From Amoebophrya sp. A120 (lineage: Eukaryota > Protista > Dinoflagellata), in NCBI GenBank assembly GCA_905178155.1, contig CAJINV010000009.1, forward strand, positions 2,581,373-2,645,372: a DNA stretch of 64,000 nt, written 5' to 3'. Below are positions 36,701 through 48,500 of this stretch, in pieces (position 1 is the first letter of the stretch; the number at the start of each line of letters is the position of its first letter). Both the position numbers and the translations under genes were made by a program. The notes under the pieces were generated by a model, which was not told the origin of the DNA, ran no database searches, and was given only the letters and a program-made list of their open reading frames with translations.

Positions 36701-37997
36701 TCCGAACTTGACTGTGGGGTGGGGACGTCGTTTTTGCAAATGATACTGGATTCAATCGTCTCGTGGAGTTTATTCAGTTGGTGCCTCAAGTCGTTTACCT
36801 CCTCCAAAGTCTGTTTCAGTTCCTTTTCCACTATGCAATAGAAATTTCCTGTACATGTACAAAATGCATGACAAATTTCGCTAACTTGCAGTGTCCAACT
36901 TGTCATGCTGGACTAGGATTGAAGGCAAGTTTTGTCATGCAGCGACTGCATTTGTACGTGTACTACGGGAAATTTACTGTGGATATCCACCTGCTCTGCG
37001 AGGGTCTTGCGGACAAACTGCTCGGACGAGCTGCTTATGAACTGCAAAAGTATCGTACTCGTACTAATTGCGTTTATGCATTACAAATCTCTTTACTAAG
37101 GCAAATCCGCATTACAGATTTGATTTGTAAAAACGCTAAGTGAATTTGTAATGCAATTTATACTAGTACGATGCTTTTGCATTTCATGCTGCTCACCGGC
37201 ACGTGGTTAGGAGGAAGCCGGTCCACTTGTTGGGGCGGTGGTCCTCCGATCATGCCAGTTGATATGACACCCTCAGAATGGAAATCCTCAAAGTGGAAAT
37301 AATTTGTGATGCATGGAATGCGACACCAAAAAGACTGTGTTGCAGCGAACGCAATGGAAGCCGACTATTGTGCTTCTACGGGTTAAGGATTGGAGTGCTG
37401 AGTAGCATGACAGAAACGCACCCCTTTGCCTCACTAGCATGACAGACACGTTTTGAGTGCAGCCCGGGAAATTTGTCATGCGCCGACTATAAATGGTGCT
37501 TCAACTGGAGTCGTTTTTTTTTGCATTACAAATTATTTTCACTTTGAGGATTTCCAACCTGAGGCTTTCATAGTTGATGTGCCTACCGCTCCGCGTTGTA
37601 GCGGCCTTGATGGTTCTCCTGCGCCTGACATGCTGCTGGTGTTCAACACTTCGTTTTGTTCTTGGTCGTAATTCAGGGAGGTGGAGTTTACCCGTGGCCG
37701 GAATGATGAATTATTTGCGTTGTTTGACGTCATCATGTTGCCCACATTGGCTGTGCTTGAGGAAGATTTCCCAGTCGCTCCCGCTGCGGCGGACGCAACA
37801 AAGGGTGCCTGCGGAAGTGGTCTGCTCTTCGGCATGAAGTCGAGATGACCATCATCGGAGGAGGAGATGTTATGTTGTGGTTTATTCGTCGTAGTCACTG
37901 CTCCTTTGGGCCTGCTTGACGTCTTCGAGTGGTTGTGCGCGAAATCCAGGTGCCCATCGTCCGAGGAAGAAATACCGGCCGAACCTGAGGCCATCAT
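30775..37997 (-). CDS. Multi-exon coiled-coil protein (gene 4)
   Basis: Starts MMASGSAGISSSDDGHLDF (motif present twice); E/K/Q/L-rich heptad exons; spliced ..ELSTRE|NEVSLL|LGMMK|IQRQIAQD..; ends ..QLLRYLS*. Confidence 0.7.
30887..31147. mobile_element. Introner family L
   Basis: TATGAGAGTGGGCAAC / GTTGTGCACTACTCTCATA; DR ATGGC/AAGGC. Confidence 0.8.
31530..31952. mobile_element. 423-bp atypical intron carrying four 33-bp direct repeats
   Basis: Starts TATCATACGGAAAA; DR TGGAT/CGGCT; removal of the element plus 5 bp restores the frame. Confidence 0.55.
31658..31895 (+). repeat. Four ~33-bp repeats CAAATCCGCGAAATTTTAAAATTTTATTTTTAT
   Basis: Copies start at about 31658, 31699, 31822 and 31864. 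Confidence 0.9.
31976..32145. mobile_element. Degenerate introner, family F
   Basis: Right end GTGGGTACGTTTTCACTCAGGTTA; frame restored by removing the element plus 5 bp. Confidence 0.6.
32169..32411. mobile_element. Introner family G
   Basis: TATCCAAGAAAAAAAAGTGTTAC / GTAACAGTTTTTTCTTGGCATA. Confidence 0.8.
32478..32756. mobile_element. Introner family L
   Basis: DR AGCGG/CGCGG. Confidence 0.8.
33431..33701. mobile_element. Introner family B (reverse orientation relative to the 1326 copy)
   Basis: DR AGTTT/TGTTT. Confidence 0.9.
33987..34194. mobile_element. Introner family H
   Basis: TATCGCCAGAAAAAACTG / CACTTTTTTCGTACGATA; DR CCAAG/CCAAC; close match to the 50027 copy. Confidence 0.85.
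34247..34525. mobile_element. Introner family F (diverged)
   Basis: TATCCTCAGTAAAAAC / GTTTTTACTGAGCGGATA. Confidence 0.65.
34674..34833. mobile_element. Introner family A
   Basis: DR GGCCA/TGCCA. Confidence 0.85.
35298..35453. mobile_element. Introner family A
   Basis: DR TCGCA/GCGCA. Confidence 0.85.
35682..35825. mobile_element. Introner family A
   Basis: DR AAAAG/AGAAG. Confidence 0.85.
35884..36049. mobile_element. Introner family E
   Basis: DR GAGGA/GAGAA. Confidence 0.8.
36218..36390. mobile_element. Introner family G
   Basis: TIR core GTTAACGTTAACGG; perfect DR TCTAA. Confidence 0.85.
36462..36745. mobile_element. Introner family F
   Basis: DR TTGGG/CTGGA. Confidence 0.85.
36832..36985. 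mobile_element. Introner family E
   Basis: Perfect DR TCCAC. Confidence 0.85.
37036..37188. mobile_element. Introner family A
   Basis: Perfect DR CTGCT. Confidence 0.85.
37263..37572. mobile_element. Introner family M (D-related)
   Basis: TIR TATGACACCTCAGAATGGAAATCCTCAAAGTG; perfect DR GTTGA. Confidence 0.85.
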
Positions 37998-38609
37998 GGA
38001 CGATTCAGATAGGTACCTCCAGGGTCGCGGTCGGGGGTGCTTATAGTTGCACGGAGGATTCGCTCAGAGGTTCAAGTTCAGCCATGAATACTCTTCCTAC
38101 GCCATGACACTACAAATGATCCTCGTCGTAAGGACTTTTCAGCGCTGGAGCTGTCGTCCTCTCGTTTGATGTTCTCTCGTGAACTCATCAGCTTCAGCTT
38201 CAGGGCTTTCGTCATATTCATACTCGTCCTCACGCTCGCTGCTCTCATGAAGATGACTCTCAGAATTATGCTTCTGATCGCTGTGCAGAATCTATCACCA
38301 GCCAGCCACCGCGCGACAGCAGCCGCACGCGCACGCGCAAGAACCAAAAGCACTTCTGCTTCAGCCTCTCGTTCTCTTTGGATAGGGAACAAGACGCCTT
38401 CAAGGTTGTACTTTCAGAAATTCAGATCTCTTTCCCACAGGGAATGAAAAACGAAACAGGGAGATCTCGGAGTTTTTTTCTCGCGAACGCTTCGAAACCA
38501 AAGACACATCTTCATCATGAACATGACACTGGACGATCTGGAGCAGCGCCTCGCCCTCTTGTCTTTCGCCGCATCACAGATCGCACGAGACTACGGGAGC
38601 GCTTCTTCT

Positions 38610-40982
38610 TCACCGACCATCACTTCCAACCTTCCTCACAAACCACGCCACCCCGACGACTCCAAACAGCAAAACCAAAATCGACAGGACTCGCGCCGTA
38701 TGCAGTGCAAAAGTATCGCACTCGCAGTAATTGCAGTCATGCATTACAAACTTTTTCCCAAAGGTAAGTCTGCACGGCAAGTTTTATTTTTCACGCTGAG
38801 GAAATTTGTAATGCATTTATACGAGTACGATACTTTTTCACCAATGCGTACGCCGTCACCTCTACCGCCTCCGCGTCGGAGGGCGCAACGGAACTGCCTT
38901 CAAATATGGTGTTCTCAACTGTTACATTCTCAGCTGTTGCATACATTTGTGACGCAGGAATGGCAAAACTGAAGGGGGGAAGGTTGCGCCTTTTGCATGA
39001 CAGATTTGGCACAGATCCTCAGCCTTTTTGGGCCTTCCAGAATTTGTCATGCGCAGCAGCTTGATCGCGTCGCATCTGAGTGGAGTTTTGCATGACAAAT
39101 TCATTTTCATGTAACAGTTGAGAATGTAACGTTTGAGAACGCCATATCAAACGACCGAACTTCCGCGCCCTTCTTCACCCGAAGTTCCTCGGCGATCGCC
39201 CACACGGCCCAAAAAAAGACAAACGGGTACACTAAATTCTTCGTCCGCACCAAAACCGCCATGTAGATCCCGGCGGCGATGAGGAGCATGATGATCGCCC
39301 ATATATGTTGCGGAATGCCGAGAACGCAAAGCGTGATTTTCCCGTAGTTGTTGTTCCCCTGAGTTGCTGCGGAAGACGGTGCGATTGTTAGAGGAGAGGA
39401 AGACGATGAGAGCTCTACCGAGTTGTCGTGGTCCTCATCTTTCGTTGTGGAAAGAAGTGCATCGGATCCGATGGTCGCGCAGCTGACATTGATGATCGCT
39501 GCGGCAGTGGTCCAACCGAAATAGATATCCGAGAAAAAAACGCTGTTGGTGTAAATTTGTGATGCGCAAAATGCAAGATGATTGCGTCTGTCATGCTTGG
39601 CATGCATCGTAGGGCCCATCAACGGGCGTTTTCACGTACTATCTGCGCATGACAGGTTTTTGCTGTCATGCCAGACAAATTTGTAATGCTGTTCCTCCAA
39701 AACAGTTACACCTACAATGTTTTTTTCTTGGATAATAGATGGAAAACGGAATGTCCAATACCAGGAGCTCGTAGAGTGGCGGGCGGAATAAAGAGGGGGC
39801 GCGACCACTTTTGGCGTTCTTTCCTCGAGAGTCACTTTGTATTCCACCGTTAGAAGCGATGCTGTGGGAAGACGCTGCAACTCTTCCGCTCCTCTCCTCG
39901 TGCTCCCGTACTGGGGTTCTGCGCCGTGCGGTTGCGTCTTCTCCAAATTGCGCAGCTTCTTGATGTTGATGTTCTGTATCGGTTCCGGAGTTTCTAGCTT
40001 GCATTCCCAATTCCTCATCTTCCACACCCACGGCTGAGCTGGGAAAAGGATTTGTTGAGTTTTTACCACGACCGGTGTAGTTTGTAATAAAGCGTCGTGA
40101 TCCAGCACCGAAAAGCGACGGCATTGCACTTTCGCTTTCCTCCTCAGCGTCACTGCTGTCAATGAACCGTCGAAACATCCGCACCCTCACCGAAATCACC
40201 GCTAAACAGGCGACCAGGGATAGCAGTGCTAGTGCGGACAGCCAAATCCACACAACTGGTCTGCCCTGGCACCACAGACAAATCCAAGTCGCGTTCAGGA
40301 AGTTGCAGAGGGTGAAAAGCCAGCCGATTTGGTCGCAGAGAAGCCGGTGGTAATACTCTACCGAGGATTTCTGAGATGATGGTGTTGGAGTGATGTCAGC
40401 ATCATTAGTTGCAGCTCTTTCGTCATCAGGAGGAGTTACGGGCGCCGATGCCCCTGGTCCGTGGGTTATTGTTCCTCTTGTGCTATCAGTCGCGAGGTAG
40501 TTTGCAGGTAACCCTTCTACAGCGGTCGCGCCTTGCTGCGAAGATGATGGTCCTCTTTCATTTCCGTTAAACATGTCATCCCCTCCTCCGCGACTTCTCC
40601 ACTCGCGCTCGGTGGATGAACTGGATCCAAGCAGTCCACCAGCACTACCACGACCGTCGTTAGATTTATTCGGCACAACAACCGCCCAGAACTGCCACAC
40701 GCAGAAGGCAATCAGCCCGAGGTAGATGATGCCCCAGATGGCAAAAGCCCACCCCTTTGGGGAGAGCAAAACCGTGTAAAGCTCCGAAACCTCGCCGATC
40801 GAGAGGTCGCTGAAGAGTTTTCTGCCGGCTCCGTAGTTGAAAAAGAGGCAGAGGGCGAAGGAGGCCGCGTTGGCGATGGCGAAGGTTTGCGGAGAGACAT
40901 CGGAAAGGAAGGATGGCGACCCTGCCGTCGTAATCGGAGACGCAGATACAGTCGCGGAGGTTGTCCTTGTTGGCGATGCCAT
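38610..40982 (-). CDS. TspO/MBR-like (tryptophan-rich sensory) multi-pass membrane protein, 4 exons (gene 5)
   Basis: Motifs SIGEVSELYTVLLSPKGWAFAIWGIIY, NFLNATWI and FSIY|FGWTTAAAIIN (restored by introner removal) plus VFFWAVWAIA are typical of TspO-related proteins. Confidence 0.75.
38699..38850. mobile_element. Introner family A
   Basis: Perfect DR CGCCG. Confidence 0.85.
38905..39146. mobile_element. Introner family C
   Basis: Perfect DR TCAAA. Confidence 0.9.
39526..39734. mobile_element. Introner family G-like
   Basis: Perfect DR ATAGA; interrupts the conserved FSIYFGW motif. Confidence 0.9.
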
Positions 40983-41549
40983 GTTGCCGAGTCTGTCACT
41001 AGTTCCGACCGTCCACTACTGTGGGGCAGAGTTCTGAAATAGAAGAGACAGAGCAATCAGGAGGATTCCATGCCTCGCCCTATTTCTCTTTGTGTGTGCG
41101 GGTCTGTCCCTGTCGAGAAACAAATGTCGACTCTCACCCAAAAAAAGTCGCCATGTGCTTTAGTTTCATTCTTATTTTGGGTTTAACACTACCAAGATCT
41201 TCTTCAAGTGGGATTGAATCTAGAGCCAAGCAACGCCCGAGCGGCCGGGCCGCGACCAGGACTGCTCCCGCCTCTCATAGTGGCGGCTTTGGTCATTGAT
41301 TAACAACAGCGAGGAGTGCTTACACCTCACACGCCTTCATTTCTTGACTGTGTGCACTGTCTCTCGGAAAGGTATGTGCATCTTCACTTCCTTGCATACG
41401 TAAACTCTTGCATGGGTTCGCGTGACTCTCACTCATCGTCTGCTTGGAAGAAAAACACGCCTCGTCCCATCTTGTCTCTGTTTCCGATGCAGCGGAGTGG
41501 ACACGAAAGCGCTCCAGAATATACAGAAGTCACAACCAGCGGTCACTAG

Positions 41550-43090
41550 CAAGAGGCGGGCCAACCGCCTGCTGATACCGACTTAGCCCCCAGAACGTGC
41601 TCGAGAATGACGCGCATACAGAATGAACGTGCTCGAGGGTGATTCGCCGTCGCCTCCCAGCCTCGCCCCCCACAAGCATCGCCAACAAACATAGCGATCA
41701 AGCAAGCCTGCATCTTCAGACTGACAAGAAGGGCGGCCGGCCCGCGCCCGCGCTCGGTGGACCTCGCAAGCAGCCGGCGCCACAACCAGGGTGGAATGGG
41801 CATCCACATTCATAGATACCCCGGGCGAAGCCACTTCATGCTCCACAGAGAGACTAACAAAGAAACGGGCGGGCCGGGAGGCAGGCGCGCCAGGCCGAGC
41901 GCTCGGCGGCCCACGCGCGTGCGGTGCGATGCGACCGGCCGGCACGCGCCAACCTGGAAACGACGACGCGCCCGCGCGCAACCACCCGGTGAAGCAGGGG
42001 GCCCGGGCGCGCACGCGGGCGGCGCGCGCGGGGCGGCGGCCCTGCCTGGCCCTTGCCCGTGGCCCGGGGGGCGCTAGGAAGGGGGCGCAGGGCGGCAAGC
42101 AGAAGAGGCGGAGGCAGGGGCTACGGGCTCCGGCGCCTATACGCTTATAGACTTAGGCCCATGCTATAGACTTCTTACAGTGCTTGCAGATCTTAGCCCT
42201 TAGAGACTTCTTATAGTTACGCAACACCATTAGCCACGGCGCCACCACGCGGCGGGGGGGCCCTGTCGTACTTCTCAGGCCGACACAACCAACCAAAGGG
42301 CCCAAAATGAGAAAGGGCCGGCTGCCGCGGGCGGTGGGAGGCAGGGGGCCAGCCGGCGCGGCCGCTTGGTACGTTTGCCCCAGGCGAGCCCCGAAGAGCA
42401 TGGCGCGCCCGCCCAGGCAGGCCGGCAAAATACGGCCCGCCTTGCTTGGCGGGCAAAATAAGGGCCCGAGAGAATGGAATGCCGCGCGCGCTAAAGATCT
42501 GGCCGGCCCCACGGGTCCATAGGAAGGAAAACCACGGGGGGGCATCTCGCTCCCTGATGCGCGACGCAAGTGCCTCCATGTCTTTGTGCACGGCGAAGCC
42601 TTCTTCTGCGTTGGGTTTGTTTTTGCAGAACGAACAGGCTTTACTACTGCTAGCACACGAAACAGGTCGGCCAGGAACGAAAGCGCTACACTGTCGCGCT
42701 GGTACTTGTGCGGCCAGAGGAAGCCCATGCGCCCCGCGACCGATACTGTCATAAGCGGCGCGCGCCCTCCCGGGTTCTAGCCAGGTCCCGGCCCTGCTGA
42801 GGCGCGTTCCCTTCGGGCCAGAGGGCCGCCGCAGCGTTTCAGCTGCAAGGGACGAAGAGCCCCCGGCGCCGGCGGCTTCTGCGCCAACCCCAGAAATGGC
42901 GCCGGGCTCTGTCCTTGAGGCGGAACGTGTCGGCTGCAAAAGCGCGCCCCGCTGGGTCCGCTTCAAGACCGCCAAAGGTGAGCGAGCTGCTAACCTTCCC
43001 CGCGCGGCTGAGTTAGTGAGTCAATAGGCGCGCTCCTGAATAGGCGCGCCCGTGAATCGGTTGCACGGTGACCAGATCGCTCGCCCCCTC
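41550..43090. other. GC-rich intergenic block
   Basis: Abrupt rise in GC/CpG; only Arg/Pro/Gly/Ala-rich spurious ORFs; AT-richer centre with TAGACTT repeats (42140-42215). Confidence 0.7.
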
Positions 43091-43133
43091 TCGTGCACAG
43101 GTGTCGAACAATTCTTCTTTTTCAGCGTGTTAC

Positions 43134-44582
43134 CTACTGCCCGGCAACACTGCGCACGGCAAAGCTATCAACAAGCTCACTGCTGATAGAGCTGACAGAT
43201 ATCGGCATCGCGCTTTTCCTTTTCGGTAAATTCTCTGCTGAAGCAGCTTCTTCTATCACTAACACATACGGCCTTGCTAAAAACCACACCGAGTAAAACC
43301 CGGCGGACCAACACCACACAGAGCAGGCTTCCAACGTTTGCCCAAACACTACCCACGAGCTGGAAAAAGTTACGAAGCCTGCGAGGAGGAACACAAGCAT
43401 CTCTCTCGTAGCTTCTTTGCCCCGTTTCTTCATGGGTTGAATCGCGGCGGCGAGCACTGCGACGTAAATCAAACAAGTCAACGTACAGAAATTCCAGACA
43501 GACATGTCCTCTGGTACCGTCGGTGAAGTAGATGCAGCAGGCGCTCCGGCACCGGGATCGAGCTGCGCACCGGAAGAAGCAGTAGACGCAGCTTCTCTCG
43601 TCTTCCCGAAAAAATTCCGCATTTTCGTCTCCCCGAACGCGTGCAAAGCCGCGCTGCACGGCCAAATCTGGTGGCCGTTTTTGCCGATTTGCGTCATGTA
43701 CAGGTTGAAGGCGAGCATCAGTGTCAAAACAAAGACCGCCTGAAGGAAGAAGTAGGTTTTGAAAGCGAAAAGCCGGGATGAAAGTCTGCTTTCTCTTGAC
43801 CTCCAACTTCTACGTGTGCAGTTCATCATCAGTCCCCCACCGTTAGAAGTATAGAGAGGAACGTACTGCTGTCGGAGCTGCGAAGATGACAATGTCGATG
43901 TAGTCGTGTCAGGACCCTCTGCGCCCCCGTCGTTATTTTCTCCGCTGACAACTTCTACTCCCCCATGCGCACCGGCGGAAGTTTCACCATGATTCGTGAG
44001 GTTGTGCGACCCTACTCTTGGTACTCCATCGAGACCCGGAAGGTCATGAATTGCATCTAGGCTATCAAGTTCCACACTCCGATGTGCTGAACGAGGGCCC
44101 TGCGCCGCCTTATTTGCACTTGTTGCTATTGTGCCCTCCTCCTCGTCTGCCGCAAAATCACACACCGCCCAGGGTATCAAAATCCATGCCGCAGCCCAGA
44201 TCCCGATCGAAAGCGCCACATTGGTTATTGAAGATGAAGAAGCTACCCCGGTGCTCCTGTCGTCTGCTCCGTATTGCTGTTCACCATGGGCGTGACTGTC
44301 GGTATTGGGGCGCTGTACTCCACCTTCGGTTTCTACCCTGTGGCTTTGTCCTTGTGAAAGCGCTGACAGCCCATAGTTTATTGGGCCAAAGATCTTATCC
44401 CGTTCAAAATCTAAGGCGAAAAACCACAGCAAACCCTGCAACGCTTCCATGACACCAATCGACATCAAAAACCAAGCGTAGCGCAGTTCCCGCTGGTCGC
44501 GTTTTCGGTAGAATGCCAGGTAGCTGGCAACAGCAAACTCCCAGGAGGAGAACGCAAGAGACACTTCCCAACGCCAACACAT
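43134..44582 (-). CDS. Intronless multi-pass membrane protein with MCW...EALQ...HQIW...SVWCW motifs (DUF5765-like) (gene 6)
   Basis: 482-aa single ORF with several transmembrane segments; family assignment is from remembered motifs. Confidence 0.75.
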   Translation of the reverse strand: MCWRWEVSLAFSSWEFAVASYLAFYRKRDQRELRYAWFLMSIGVMEALQGLLWFFALDFERDKIFGPINYGLSALSQGQSHRVETEGGVQRPNTDSHAHGEQQYGADDRSTGVASSSSITNVALSIGIWAAAWILIPWAVCDFAADEEEGTIATSANKAAQGPRSAHRSVELDSLDAIHDLPGLDGVPRVGSHNLTNHGETSAGAHGGVEVVSGENNDGGAEGPDTTTSTLSSSQLRQQYVPLYTSNGGGLMMNCTRRSWRSRESRLSSRLFAFKTYFFLQAVFVLTLMLAFNLYMTQIGKNGHQIWPCSAALHAFGETKMRNFFGKTREAASTASSGAQLDPGAGAPAASTSPTVPEDMSVWNFCTLTCLIYVAVLAAAIQPMKKRGKEATREMLVFLLAGFVTFSSSWVVFGQTLEACSVWCWSAGFYSVWFLARPYVLVIEEAASAENLPKRKSAMPISVSSISSELVDSFAVRSVAGQ

Positions 44583-45501
44583 AGCTGTATTTCCGATGCG
44601 GTTGCTACAGAGGCCAAAATGACGAGTGTACTAGCAAGTCGCATGTAGTAGACTGAAGAAGCAAGTAAGAGCCGACACTTTATGTTCAAGAGCAGCATCG
44701 GTGGGAGTATCGATACGTTTACGTTTACATTCATGTATGACTTGTCGACAGAAAAAAATGAACCGTGCCATGGCGTGCCCCCGATTCAGATCTTGAAAGA
44801 ATAGCTCGTCGTCAAAAATCAGGCCGACGTCGTGACTTCTTGACGCATTACTAGCTAGCAACATGCATTGCTGTACTCGGACGCAGACTTCTCCCCAACA
44901 ACTTCTTTGGCTCCACGAGCACAACGGATCCTCAAGACCCTTCCTCGCGTTCTTGCTGTCCACAAGAAATCTCCTGAGCGGAGGACGTCTTTGCTCTTAT
45001 CCCTTTTCATTGTCGATTTTCATTTTACGAATGCAGCGAAAAATCGTCCACATCATACATGGAATCTATTGCCCAATTATACAGTCACTACGATTTTTCA
45101 ACTTTTTTCCTCAGCGAGGTGATGTCGTCTGACAGTCATCCGCTGAGACTCGTGTCGTCTTGTGTGACTCCTTCTTCGTGACGATATCCCTAATTATACC
45201 ATGTATACCCTCGTTGGATGTTTGCGTTGAATAGTACTATCGAAGGTAGTGATACATGTGAAACATAATTCGAAATAAAGCAAAGTCATTAATTCATTTT
45301 TATGATCATGGTGTACCATTCGTATGATCAACAATATTGTGCGAGTCATTTTTTTGTCTAGTATCCTTGTCCCATTTCTTTTCTGATTCTACAAGAACTC
45401 TCCTGGGGCATTTGCCTAAAAGCGTCTTTAGTAAAGATCGTAGTGGGCCGCGGTCCAACTCCTGCGATCTGCTCTCAAGGAGCATCGCGAAACTCCACAT
45501 G

Positions 45502-48500
45502 TCACTCCACCAAAAGCCCTCCACTTTCGTAGAAGCCGCCGTGTTGGTGTAGTTGTTCCCTGCTGCCATACTCATAGTATTCCCCTCCTTCCTCGTCACT
45601 GTAGTTTACCATTTCCGGAGGCAGAACCCCCACAGGATGCTGCTGGGACGCCGTGATGAACTCGCGCTGGTGTTTTTCGGGGTAGGAGAAGTAGACATGA
45701 TTATCGTCTCCCTCACGATCACCTCCACAGCTTCCGACGTAGTTGCTCGCGTGGTCCTGCATTTTTATGTTCTCCAGCTGCTCCCGATACTGCAGATTTT
45801 TTCCAAACACTTGCTCCTTGTTCAAAAACCACTTCTCCAATTCTTCCTGTTCAAATTTTTCCACAAATTGCTCGAACGGTAAAAACCCGCCGCCCACACG
45901 GAAGACCGGCTTCTCGTTGTTGATCTGCACGTTGACCTGCCGTTTTCCAAACAAGTAAACTCCCTGCTGGACGCGGAAAAACGGGACCGCCGGCTCGAAG
46001 CCCTGGATCCACTTCGCGAGCGTTTGGTCGATAATGTCGTGCGGGTGGGGTGTGTATTTGGTCGAGACGAGGTGTTGGACCTAATAAGTAGTTTTTTGAT
46101 GTTCGTAGGCAAAGAAAAGGGAAGGAGAAGACTTCTGCGGCAGGGGGTATCTATCGACGATGAAACCATAAACAAAGTCCAAAACAACTATATGCAATCT
46201 CAGACAACAAAGGATGGCGGCACGTATCAATCTGCACCTTCGCCATGCTCCGCTGCAATTTGTCTTCCAAATCCGCACACTTCAAGCCGATTTCACTGCA
46301 ATTCCCGTCCTTCTCCCGCAATTCGACAGCGAATTTCTTCCTATCGCACTCCAACTCCGTCTGAAGTTCGTCGTTTTTCGCATTTGAGTCCCTGAGTTTC
46401 TTCACTAATTCGTCCGAGTAGCTCTGCGAAAATTGCAACTGGTTCTTCAAGTCGATGAGCTTTTTCTGCAAGTCGGGGAGTTGCTGCTTCTTCACCACCT
46501 CGTTGAACTCCGATTCTAGTTTTTCCAAATTAATGTTCGTTTCTCTTTATGCATCGCAAAAATATCGTGCCTAGCTACTGCTACTCGTAGTAATTGCAAT
46601 CATGCATGACAAATGCAACTCTCTACCTGGACTAGCATGACAAATTGCTTTTTTGTCCTTCAGAACATCTGTAATGCGTATGCGGTTCCTGCCTAGTACG
46701 ATACCTTTGCGCTGCATACTCTTAATCTCAGTAGTTCCGTATCTTTCTCCTTCGCGGTTTTCTCTGTCTCCTTCGCCTTTTTCTCGTTCTCTTCCTGCTT
46801 CTCAACCGTCTTCGCCAGGAAGGACTTGTGCTCGGTGAGCAGGAGGTCAAATTGCTGTTTTAGCAAGCTGTTCTCCGCTTCCAATTCCGTTGTAGCGTTC
46901 TCAAATGTTACATTCTCAACTCTTACATGATTTCTTCTTGCCATGCAAAATTACAAGCCGAATCGACGTGATCAGGCGGCTTCGCAAGACAAATTCTAGG
47001 AAAGCCAATAAACAGGCTGAGAATGTCATTCTCATAAAACACGTCACAGATCATTATGATCTGTGCCGAATCTGTCATGCGAGACGTGCAAGGTCACCCC
47101 CTTCACTTTTGCCATTCCTGCATCACAAATTTATGTAAAAGTTTAGAATGTAACTACAGTTGAGAGCGCCATATCCGCTACGTACTCGTTCGAAACCTTG
47201 TTCCACTGCGATTGGTATCCTGTGCAAAAGTATCGCACTCGGACTCGTGTAAATGCAAGTCTTGCATTACAAATCTTTTTCTTGAGGTAAATCCGCATCA
47301 CAAATTTTATTTCTCATGCTGCGAAAATTTGCAATGCATTTATACGAATACGATACTTTTGCACAGGATAATTGGTGCTGGTCCAGGGCGGAGGCTGGTA
47401 AATCCAAAAATTATAATTGTGATCGTCCAATAGATACAACACTCGCGGCGGCATCGGGATAGACTTGTACAGAGGTACGCATGAGAAAAGCTATAGCAAA
47501 AGTAGATCATCCTAAGTTGTAAATACTTAAATTACTCATTTCCTCCTTCGCCCTGCCCGCGTCTAAACCCCTTTCCCTCTGTCTATACTGCTCGTTATCT
47601 GCTTCCAGTTTCCTTATCGACAGCTCCAGGATAGACTGCTGTTTCTCCAAGGCGAGAATCGATTCCTCTTTCGCATCCACTTCTTCCGCCTTCCCCGCTA
47701 ACAGTCCCCGCAACTTCTCCACCTCCAAAACCGTGTTCGCTGCAATGGTTCGCTGCGCTTCTTTTTCCGCTTCCAGCTCTAAATTGCGCTGCCGCGTGAA
47801 GTGGAGCTGTTGGTACAAGTTTTTTAGGCTTTTTCTACCTTGAAGTTGGTATTACTATTAGCACCGTGGCAACGTAGGATAAAAACAAACATTGCAAAAA
47901 GTGCAGGAAGAACATCAGAGGCACAGAGGTCATTGTACTTCTCGCATTACAGTATCCATGCTTACTGTGCTGTCGTGCTCGTTCCTACTGTTTTTCAATC
48001 AACGTAGATACCTCGCTCTCCACATCCGTCAGTTCCTTTTTCGCCGCCTCGCTTTTTATTTTTTCCTCTTTCAGCAGATGTTTCAACTCGAGCAAGTTTG
48101 TGTTAAAGTTCTGCTTTTCCAGGAAAAATTCCTTCTCCTTCAGCGAAATCTCGTCCAGCAGATTCTGATTTTTCCCCACCAGCTCGCCGCACTTTATCAC
48201 AGGAAAAAGTGTTGACGTATGACGGAATTTGTCATGCAGTAATGCATCACAAAGCGCGTTCAAGTTTGTCATGCATAGAATGCATACTAGGCAGAATTTG
48301 TCATGCATATTTGCAATATAACGTTAACACTTTTTTGTTTGATACACTTCTCGTTTGTTTCATCCACGAACTTCCGGAAACTTATGATCTTCTTCTGGTT
48401 CTCCTCATTTTCGAGTCTCATCTGCTTCACTTGGTTGTCATTCGTGAAGGACTTGTGAGTTTTGTTCTCCTCCTGGAGAATCCGGATCTTCTCCTCTAAT

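Noticed and set aside
41583-42975. ORFs of 100-252 aa in the GC block
   Set aside because: Same GC artefact; no transposase or other motif visible.
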